From: a virus
DNA: 44,531 nucleotides
Virus record (IMG/VR): IMGVR_UViG_3300031418_000028
Direction: 5' to 3' (one strand)
The notes beneath the pieces are model-generated. The model made no database searches. It was not told the DNA's origin and saw nothing but the letters and a program-made list of their open reading frames with translations. Below, piece after piece: positions 27,092 through 33,478 of this stretch (position 1 is its first letter; each line of letters begins with the position of its first letter). Position numbers and translations under genes: made by a program.

Positions 27092-27106
27092 TCCTCTCTC
27101 TCTATA
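27092..27106 (+). repeat. 15-nt direct repeat TCCTCTCTCTCTATA, copy 2
   Basis: Exact match to 26649-26663, 443 bp downstream. It marks the right edge of the A-depleted tract. Confidence 0.9.
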
Positions 27107-27178
27107 TAGTCTGCTTTTAAATGAACACTAGGTAAATCATATACTTACCAATTTCTTTGAATATTCTTTTAAAAGTGC

Positions 27179-27207
27179 TTGCGTTCCTAGTTTGGTTAGT
27201 CCAATAT
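27179..27207 (+). promoter_or_regulatory. Candidate host sigma70 early promoter P1
   Basis: TTGCGT-N17-CAATAT, preceded by the AT-rich atttctttgaatattcttttaaaag (UP-element-like). Confidence 0.45.
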
Positions 27208-27285
27208 GTATCTCAACGGGGCAGCACTGAGAAGTGTAGCCGGTTGGATAGGTAGATGGGTTGACGGTCTGATTCAACAAGTGTG

Positions 27286-27315
27286 TTGACAGATGCTAAG
27301 AAACTAAGTTACCAT
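27286..27315 (+). promoter_or_regulatory. Candidate host sigma70 early promoter P2
   Basis: Consensus -35 TTGACA, an 18-nt spacer, then TACCAT. Confidence 0.5.
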
Positions 27316-27345
27316 CCACTCCTAGTAGTACAGAAGGAAAGCAGT

Positions 27346-27534
27346 ATGCAGATAACGTGTAAGCAACGTAGGTTGTTCAAGCGGTTAAGAAAGGAATTGC
27401 AAGGGTTAGAAAATAAATCCTTGACAGTTCAGCAAGCAAGACGTAAGCTGAGTATCAAGTTAACACTGAGCGGTACAGAGCCTTACTACGGTAAGCTTCG
27501 CGGTGATAACAAGGTACAAAGTGTTTGGAAGTAA
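27346..27534 (+). CDS. Possible first early protein (62 aa, very basic)
   Basis: ATG with gaaggaaag 5 nt upstream, just downstream of P2. It contains P3 internally, so coding status is uncertain. Confidence 0.35.
   Translation: MQITCKQRRLFKRLRKELQGLENKSLTVQQARRKLSIKLTLSGTEPYYGKLRGDNKVQSVWK
27421..27449 (+). promoter_or_regulatory. Candidate host sigma70 early promoter P3
   Basis: Consensus -35 TTGACA, a 17-nt spacer, then TAAGCT. Confidence 0.55.
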
Positions 27535-27774
27535 CCAGCTTTGCGGTGACTTACTAGCTCCTTAATCGGTGCCATGATGTGAGAATCCTAGATAAGCCGG
27601 GTAGTACTCGAAAGCCCACAGCGTTAAGTCGTGAGCTGGCGCGCTGAAACCCTGCGCCATAATAGAATAGGGTTGAGCGGTGAACCACACCGTCCACGGT
27701 TGTGCAGTGGGAGACAAGGTTAAGCGTGAGTATCTCATACTGGGGTACTCACCATTAACTTTACAGGTGATAGC

Positions 27775-27966
27775 ATGGGATACGCTAAGAAGCTACAGAG
27801 ACAGTTCGACGGGTTAGCAGCACTAACCGGAGGCACACTTCAGAAGCGCCGGGATAAGTTGAACCGGGCAGGTGTTCATCACAAGGTAGAGACAGCCACC
27901 TTCAGCACTCATGTGAAGGGCGTACAGAAGCGCAAAGGCTCAAGCAAGCCACCACGTCCACTTTAA
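27775..27966 (+). CDS. Hypothetical early protein (63 aa, Lys/Arg-rich)
   Basis: ATG after aggtga. Preceded by a roughly 230-nt structured leader. Confidence 0.55.
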   Translation: MGYAKKLQRQFDGLAALTGGTLQKRRDKLNRAGVHHKVETATFSTHVKGVQKRKGSSKPPRPL

Positions 27967-28046
27967 GATTAAACAGCCTACAGCGTCTTACAGGGCGCTG
28001 TGTGAAGTTCAATCCGAAGCAACTAAATCAACCAATGAGGTGTACC

Positions 28047-28601
28047 ATGACTTTTAAATTAATCGCTCTTAAATCAATCCGTAGCCAGCTCACTAAGGCT
28101 GTCACCCTGAAACGTGAAGTGACTATCTCTGCATTGTTCCATGGCTTAGTAGCCAGCAACGTAGCATTCGCTTTCGATATGAAACGCGAAGATGCGGCGG
28201 ACTTTGATACCGTGCTGCGTCAACTCCTGCCTATCAGCTTCGATAAGAAGATGAATGGGTACAAGTTCGACGATAAGAAAGCATTCAAGTCTGCTGAAGG
28301 GCTGGGCGTGGACTTACAGGCTGTGCGTGCTGCTTTCAAAGCAGCCGATGAAGCAGGCCGCGCTGTGCTGGTGCAGGCGTTCTACGACAGCGTGATGGCG
28401 TACTACAACGCTAATGCAGCGGCTAAGAAGGCAGACGACCTCACCTCCGATGATAAGCGCATGAACGCCCTGAGCAAGATTAAAGCAGGCGTTAAGGCCG
28501 CGAAAGACAACGGCGCTACCGACCGCGATATCGTGGATATGCTGCTGGGCATGGGCGTTGATGTGTCTGGCGCACTGGTTATCATGCCGGTGGCCGCATG
28601 A
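28047..28601 (+). CDS. Hypothetical early protein (184 aa, Ala-rich, helical)
   Basis: ATG with the gaggtg SD shared by neighbouring early genes. The track start at 28002 is a GTG without an SD. Confidence 0.65.
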   Translation: MTFKLIALKSIRSQLTKAVTLKREVTISALFHGLVASNVAFAFDMKREDAADFDTVLRQLLPISFDKKMNGYKFDDKKAFKSAEGLGVDLQAVRAAFKAADEAGRAVLVQAFYDSVMAYYNANAAAKKADDLTSDDKRMNALSKIKAGVKAAKDNGATDRDIVDMLLGMGVDVSGALVIMPVAA

Positions 28602-28794
28602 TACTAATTACTGTATCAACCTTATTACGCTGGCATTATCGGATATCAGAGGAGTGCTGCGCAATCCTGCTAGTTTTCGGTCTGTGCGAACTTGCTCCTG
28701 AGCTTATCGGTTTATACCGGTTGATTTAACAGGGTTAGACTCGAAGGTGTTCTCTGAGCACCTTCCGTGATTAATCCTAATCTGAGAGGTGTAC

Positions 28795-28887
28795 ATGATT
28801 ATCCTAGCCCTGCCTTACATTGCTAGTGTAGCGTTCATCGTTGGGGTTTTTGTGTACGCTGGCGTAATGTCCCTGTTTAACAAGTAG
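28795..28887 (+). CDS. Small hydrophobic membrane peptide (30 aa)
   Basis: gagaggtgtac ATG. MIILALPYIASVAFIVGVFVYAGVMSLFNK is a single TMD. It is below the ORF-track size cutoff. Confidence 0.5.
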   Translation: MIILALPYIASVAFIVGVFVYAGVMSLFNK

Positions 28888-28896
28888 AGGTGTGTC

Positions 28897-29139
28897 ATGA
28901 TTGCTACAATTACTATTACCATCAAGTCTGCTGTGCTGCTGTTTGTGAGCGCCACCACCCAAGCTCCTGAGCAGTACTGTGTTGTATCTGACAGTATGTC
29001 AGGTCAGGAAAGCATGTACCGCAACCCGGATGGCGGCTGCAAGGCGCTGGGACGTGCTATTGAGTCAGATATCAAAGAACAGTTCCCAAGTGTTCCTGTG
29101 ATTTTGGTAGTGGATGGCGTCAGCACAAACGACGTGTGA
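28897..29139 (+). CDS. Small putative secreted early protein (80 aa)
   Basis: gagaggtgtgtc ATG. Signal-peptide-like N-terminus MIATITITIKSAVLLFVSATTQA. The mature part has two Cys. Confidence 0.6.
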   Translation: MIATITITIKSAVLLFVSATTQAPEQYCVVSDSMSGQESMYRNPDGGCKALGRAIESDIKEQFPSVPVILVVDGVSTNDV

Positions 29140-29201
29140 TTGACTTTGTAGGGTTTCATACGAGACTCTACAGGGGCAATCATGCCATAAAGGAGAGTAC
29201 C

Positions 29202-29345
29202 ATGAAGAAGTCAGTAAAACGTATGTCACGCCCTTCCCGCCAGCTCTCAATCGCAGTAGGTGAGAGCCTTGTGCGTGCATTCTGGGGCACCCGTCTTGTC
29301 CTGCTGGCTGACAAGTTCCCAGCACGTAATCAGGTAAACGCATAA
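29202..29345 (+). CDS. Hypothetical early protein (47 aa, basic)
   Basis: Strong SD aaaggagag before the ATG at 29202. The track start at 29136 lacks an SD. Confidence 0.5.
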   Translation: MKKSVKRMSRPSRQLSIAVGESLVRAFWGTRLVLLADKFPARNQVNA

Positions 29346-29422
29346 TGAAACAAGCCCTGACTAGCCCGTGGTTTATCATCGGTGTAGCCCTGCTAGTGTG
29401 GGGCTTTGTACAGTACCTGTGA
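29345..29422 (+). CDS. Small membrane peptide (25 aa)
   Basis: TAATG overlap with the upstream gene. MKQALTSPWFIIGVALLVWGFVQYL is a single TMD. Confidence 0.4.
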   Translation: MKQALTSPWFIIGVALLVWGFVQYL

Positions 29423-29474
29423 TTCACTCATGTATCCTGCGGGGTACATGCTTGTTCTCATCGGAGACAGTACA

Positions 29475-29813
29475 ATGAAAGTACCAAAAGAAGTCGTGCG
29501 AGAAGCACAAATGCTGGCGTTGAACCTGCTTAAGTCCGGCGTAATCAGCCGTGATGAACAGCTCTGGACTCACGCCATGTTAACCATGAAAATGCGCTAC
29601 CATAGTGCGAAGATTAAGGCGGTAAATTATGGTTTTATCAATCAGCCCGGAGAGACTGTTAGCGCAGTCACGGGCAGCAATCGAGTGCAATCAGCTTGCG
29701 GTACGGGCCGAGCTAAAGACCATGTACATTCGCAAAGCATGGCGCGTCGGGCTTTCGCTGGACGCTTACTGCGTTCGCTTCGGAATCCAAAAGGTTTGGG
29801 AGGTGCAGCATGA
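29475..29813 (+). CDS. Hypothetical early protein (112 aa); the C-terminal half looks off-frame
   Basis: SD ggagacag before the ATG. The stop overlaps the next ATG (ATGA). After about 29630 the composition turns G/R/A/S-rich, while the +1 frame looks more protein-like. Confidence 0.45.
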   Translation: MKVPKEVVREAQMLALNLLKSGVISRDEQLWTHAMLTMKMRYHSAKIKAVNYGFINQPGETVSAVTGSNRVQSACGTGRAKDHVHSQSMARRAFAGRLLRSLRNPKGLGGAA

Positions 29814-29835
29814 ACGGACTGACGCCAGTTCTTGA
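29629..29835 (+). CDS. Alternative-frame ORF (68 aa) overlapping 29475-29813
   Basis: ATG after aaggcgg. The translation MVLSISPERLLAQSRAAIECNQLAVRAELKTMYIRKAWRVGLSLDAYCVRFGIQ looks like a genuine helical protein. Confidence 0.35.
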   Translation: MVLSISPERLLAQSRAAIECNQLAVRAELKTMYIRKAWRVGLSLDAYCVRFGIQKVWEVQHERTDASS

Positions 29836-30280
29836 GTGTATCAAGAATGCTGGCGACGCCATTGCTAAGCATGGCTTTCGTCCGGTATTCCGGGAAGAGA
29901 ACAGTATCGGCGTACTCACTAAGAACCTGTTGGCGTACATGCCTTATCCGGCGGAGTACCACCAGATTTCTGAAAGTGAAGCGGATGCTGTACTCGCACG
30001 CGGCTATGCTAAAGTATTCTCTGAGGTCGTATCTTGTCAGGATGAGCAGACGCACGCTGTTGACGTGACAGTGTGTCTACTCCCGGACACGAATTTCAAT
30101 ACTGAGCAGATGCTTAGCATTAGTACCCGGCAATTGCAAGACTCACACCATGCTGTTGTGTGGTGCGTTAGAACGAACAAGTGTGCATGGCGCACAGCAT
30201 TGAATCCCGACTTCGCCTTTGAATTTGGCGATAACAACGAACTTACCTGCCTGTTATGGCTCAAGCACTGGAGTAATTAG
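29810..30280 (+). CDS. Hypothetical early protein (156 aa)
   Basis: SD ggaggtg before the ATG. Confidence 0.65.
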   Translation: MNGLTPVLECIKNAGDAIAKHGFRPVFREENSIGVLTKNLLAYMPYPAEYHQISESEADAVLARGYAKVFSEVVSCQDEQTHAVDVTVCLLPDTNFNTEQMLSISTRQLQDSHHAVVWCVRTNKCAWRTALNPDFAFEFGDNNELTCLLWLKHWSN

Positions 30281-30281
30281 A

Positions 30282-31949
30282 ATGTTTGATATCATTGAAC
30301 CACAAGAGAACTCTGTTGAAGGTTTCACCATGCAGATTGCAGATGAAACCCGCCGTGCACTGTCAGAAATGCTCCCAGCGCCAGTGGAGCAGGAAAATAA
30401 AACCCCTACCGCACCAGCAAAAGAGGAAATCAAGGCGGCCCGTGATAGTGGTAAGGCAGTATTTGCCGCCGCACTATCTGCAATTACTCCTACCATGGTA
30501 ATTGAGGCAGGAGTACACTTGCGACGCAGCTTCGACTTGTCTATTGGCGAGTTAGAGCCGCACATCAAGCTGGTGGGTGCGCTGAACTCAGCAACGCGAG
30601 AGGTTGCTCGCGGGGGTGTATCTAACCGTCCGTACGTACTAGACGGTATTTTCAATGCGGCTAAGGCGCACATGTTCCAACAGGGCATTAAGTTTGATAC
30701 CCCACAAAAAGTAAATCTGCTGGTGGGTATGGGTTCCGCACCACGCGCGACAGCACACCCCACGGATGTCGCAAATTCAGTGCTGTCACCGCAGGGTAGA
30801 AGTGCCGGTTTCCTGTACAATATGCGCGAAATTACAGAAGACGCATTTGAAGGCTACCGGTATGTGCGTTATGCTGAAGGCTGTCTATTCGCTTTAGAGG
30901 GCGTGCATTCTACAGAGGCGGATACAGCCATGTTTCACGGCTTTGTTGGGGTGGATAACCTCACGCAATTACGCTGGCAGAATCTGCGTATGGGTGTGGC
31001 AGTAAAGCAGGCCACAGGTTCCGATGAGGAGGCACGCCGTGCGGCTGACCTCTTCCGTGATGTGAAATCTTACACGTTCAAGCTTTACCCGAATGATGTA
31101 GCGTTCGGCCCGGTGTATGTTGACTTCGATGATGATACTAAATCGAGTGGGCTTGGCTCGTGCATGAGTGGTGACGATTGCAGTAACGTCCCATACGGCG
31201 TACACCCATGTGACGCGTATTCATCAGCGCACTTCGGTGCCGGTGATAATGGGCTGGTTCTAGTCGTCGCATACAAGGGTGACTTAGCCGTAGGGCGCGG
31301 CATACTGAATGTACAGAACAAGCAGGTCGTGCGGTGGTATGGTAACTACAGGGCGTCAGTGCAGTTCTTTGCAGCTACCGGCACGGAGGATGAATCTGCT
31401 GCGCTTGAAGGCTCGTGGTTGGCGCTGATTGAACAGGATGGTAGATTCGCACACCCGTACATCGACAGCGATTCTGAGTATGGCAGCCTTGATAGAGACG
31501 CTGGGCGTGTAGTACTGTTTGAGGGAACGTTTGACCTCCAGAACACGAGGGGCTACAGCCATGCAGTAGAAACGCGTATATGCTGTTACGATGATGAATG
31601 GTATCCTGAATCGGAAATGACATACCAAGAGCACACGGACACTTGGATTGCTGACCGTAACATCCGACGCGCATACACCTGTGCTATTACGGGTGAGCAT
31701 CTTCATCGGTACAGTATGCACAAGGGTACTGTAGACGGTGATGTTGTATGGGTGGCAGACGGCATCGACCCAGAAGATTTCGGCTATCAGCGTCTGTGTG
31801 GTGACATCGGTTGGACTAATGATTTAAGCCAGTACACATACGATGACGTCTCCGAGCGCTGGTACACAAACAGCGATTACGAAGAACTTATGGAAGCACG
31901 AGAAGAGGAAGGGCAGAATGACGAAGATTCAAACGCTAACGCAGCCTGA
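30282..31949 (+). CDS. Large orphan early protein (555 aa), acidic C-terminal tail
   Basis: The ATG at 30282 has ggag upstream, one nt after the upstream stop. No catalytic motif recognised. Cys/His cluster CMSGDDCSNVPYGVHPCDAYSSAH. The tail is EELMEAREEEGQNDEDSNANAA. Confidence 0.7.
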   Translation: MFDIIEPQENSVEGFTMQIADETRRALSEMLPAPVEQENKTPTAPAKEEIKAARDSGKAVFAAALSAITPTMVIEAGVHLRRSFDLSIGELEPHIKLVGALNSATREVARGGVSNRPYVLDGIFNAAKAHMFQQGIKFDTPQKVNLLVGMGSAPRATAHPTDVANSVLSPQGRSAGFLYNMREITEDAFEGYRYVRYAEGCLFALEGVHSTEADTAMFHGFVGVDNLTQLRWQNLRMGVAVKQATGSDEEARRAADLFRDVKSYTFKLYPNDVAFGPVYVDFDDDTKSSGLGSCMSGDDCSNVPYGVHPCDAYSSAHFGAGDNGLVLVVAYKGDLAVGRGILNVQNKQVVRWYGNYRASVQFFAATGTEDESAALEGSWLALIEQDGRFAHPYIDSDSEYGSLDRDAGRVVLFEGTFDLQNTRGYSHAVETRICCYDDEWYPESEMTYQEHTDTWIADRNIRRAYTCAITGEHLHRYSMHKGTVDGDVVWVADGIDPEDFGYQRLCGDIGWTNDLSQYTYDDVSERWYTNSDYEELMEAREEEGQNDEDSNANAA

Positions 31950-32916
31950 GATGGCTGAGATTAAAGTTCTACTGGCGCTACTGCGTCTGCGCCGTCCTCA
32001 TGGCGGTATGAATGAGACACTGGCAGGTAAAGTTGTTGAGCAGGTTGTAGGTGAGATTGCTAACAACGCCGACTTTGATGTATTCTTAGAGCAGGACCGC
32101 CACGGTAACTTGATTGTGGCCGTCGGTGAAGACTCTGGTGTAGTGTTCACAGCACATCTTGACACAGTGCACCGGACGGATGGCATCAATAATATCACAC
32201 TGGTTAAGCCATCCGGTAATCAACGCTGGCTTGTAGCAGACGATAGTATTACCGGTATGCCTGATGTGCTGGGTGCAGATGATGCAGCGGGTGTGTTCCT
32301 TCTCACTGAGTTAATCAAGGCCGGGATGCACGGGAAGTACTTGTTCTTTGTTGGTGAAGAGGTTGGCGGTGTGGGTTCAAGCGCGTTCATTCAGGACAAT
32401 CCGACGTTCAGTGCGAACATGGCGATAGCGTTCGACCGCCGTGGGTACAGCGACGTAATCACACATCAGGGCTTCGGTGCCCGTACTGCATCGGATGAGT
32501 TCGGTACAGCACTGGCTAACGCACTGAACAAGCAGAACCCCGACTTCGAGTACAAGGCATCCAACCGGGGCGTGTACACCGATACGAAGGAGTTCGCCGG
32601 TCTTGTACCTGAGTGTACTAACATCTCCGTCGGGTACTTCAATGAGCACACGAACCGCGAGGAGCTGGACCTGAATCATCTGCTGGCGCTGCGTGATGCT
32701 GTACTTGCAATTGAATGGGCGAAGCTGCCGGTTATGCGTGTTCCTGAGCCGGACATTGACTGGTTCAGTACATACCGGGACTTCACCGACGATGCACCGG
32801 TTGATTACATTGGGCTGGGTGAGCGTGCTGCCCGCCTACTGGATAAACACTTTGCGGAGTTGCCTACTGAGGTAACTAAGTTCCTGCGTGATGTAGAGGA
32901 GATGTACGATGCCTAA
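31918..32916 (+). CDS. M28-family (clan MH) zinc aminopeptidase-like protein (332 aa)
   Basis: A complete metal-ligand series: FTAHLDTVH, GADDAAGV, GEEVGGVGS, YTDT, GYFNEHTNREELD. The ATG with gaggaaggg SD lies 32 nt inside the upstream gene. Confidence 0.75.
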   Translation: MTKIQTLTQPEMAEIKVLLALLRLRRPHGGMNETLAGKVVEQVVGEIANNADFDVFLEQDRHGNLIVAVGEDSGVVFTAHLDTVHRTDGINNITLVKPSGNQRWLVADDSITGMPDVLGADDAAGVFLLTELIKAGMHGKYLFFVGEEVGGVGSSAFIQDNPTFSANMAIAFDRRGYSDVITHQGFGARTASDEFGTALANALNKQNPDFEYKASNRGVYTDTKEFAGLVPECTNISVGYFNEHTNREELDLNHLLALRDAVLAIEWAKLPVMRVPEPDIDWFSTYRDFTDDAPVDYIGLGERAARLLDKHFAELPTEVTKFLRDVEEMYDA

Positions 32917-33079
32917 ACTTAAAGTAATCGCTATTGAGAACAGCCCTGAGAACTTCCTGATTGCAGATGGGCGGCAGTGCACCGTGTTGTTCTCACGGGA
33001 TGACCGCCTTACCCTGCGTTGTCCGCTGACTAACATGACTACGGTCGTCAAGCGTAGTCGCGTGCTGGTAGTCAAGTAA
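32909..33079 (+). CDS. Hypothetical protein (56 aa)
   Basis: The ATG overlaps the peptidase gene's end by 8 nt. MPKLKVIAIENSPENFLIADGRQCTVLF... It is below the ORF-track cutoff. Confidence 0.45.
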   Translation: MPKLKVIAIENSPENFLIADGRQCTVLFSRDDRLTLRCPLTNMTTVVKRSRVLVVK

Positions 33080-33180
33080 TGTTGGCTAAAACGTACGAGG
33101 AATACCTCGCTGAGATGTTCAAGTACCACCAGTTTGTCAAGCCCATGACCAGAGCGGAGTGGAGTATCTATTATGCGTAA
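33079..33180 (+). CDS. Hypothetical protein (33 aa)
   Basis: TAATG overlap with the upstream gene, and 8-nt overlap with the next gene. Confidence 0.35.
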   Translation: MLAKTYEEYLAEMFKYHQFVKPMTRAEWSIYYA

Positions 33181-33478
33181 TATTATCAGTGATAAAACAC
33201 TGCTTGAGGCAGTGCAGGAGCGTGGTATTGTAGGCGCAAAGGAATTCACAACCCGTTGCACTGGCAAGACAACAGCCACCGCCTTGCACTACATCTCAGA
33301 GGTTATGAGTAAGGCGAGCGAGTACGAGGGTGAGCCTGTCGTTGTGTACACTAGTGACAGTGAGGTGTACGCAGCATGTAAGAAGGTTGTAATCAAACTC
33401 GGGTTTATAGGTTTTACATTCGATAACAACCTTTATGGTGGCGGTTATGTTAAGTACTGCCCATTCGAAGGTACATAA
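33173..33478 (+). CDS. Hypothetical protein (101 aa)
   Basis: ORF linked by overlaps to both neighbours. No function assigned. Confidence 0.55.
   Translation: MRNIISDKTLLEAVQERGIVGAKEFTTRCTGKTTATALHYISEVMSKASEYEGEPVVVYTSDSEVYAACKKVVIKLGFIGFTFDNNLYGGGYVKYCPFEGT

Larger units (their letters stand above)
26591..27106 (+). other. Adenine-depleted, CT/GT-rich non-coding tract; candidate terminal-repeat / concatemer-junction region
   Basis: Hand count gives about 26 A in about 510 nt. There is no A at all in 26760-26861. It contains (CT)5-6 and (GT)4-5 runs. All three + frames are open only because stop codons need A. Confidence 0.85.

Noticed and set aside
26640-27110. Recurrent (CT)n-containing motifs that might suggest a CRISPR-like or tandem-repeat array
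   Set aside because: The repeat units are only 12-15 nt, irregularly spaced (67, about 80, about 145 and about 150 bp) and embedded in uniformly biased sequence. There are no CRISPR-length (roughly 28-37 nt) repeats or unique spacers, and no cas genes.
26526-27120. Three long overlapping + strand ORFs (184, 111 and 142 aa) in all three frames, translating to Cys/Leu/Ser/Arg-rich sequence
   Set aside because: They exist only because the tract almost lacks A, so TAA, TAG and TGA cannot occur. They have no SD, low-complexity translations and mutual overlap. They are treated as non-coding.
27283-27345. GTG-initiated 83-aa version of the first early ORF
   Set aside because: The start would lie inside the -35/-10 elements of candidate promoter P2 and so upstream of its transcription start. 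Only the ATG at 27346 with an SD was kept, at low confidence.
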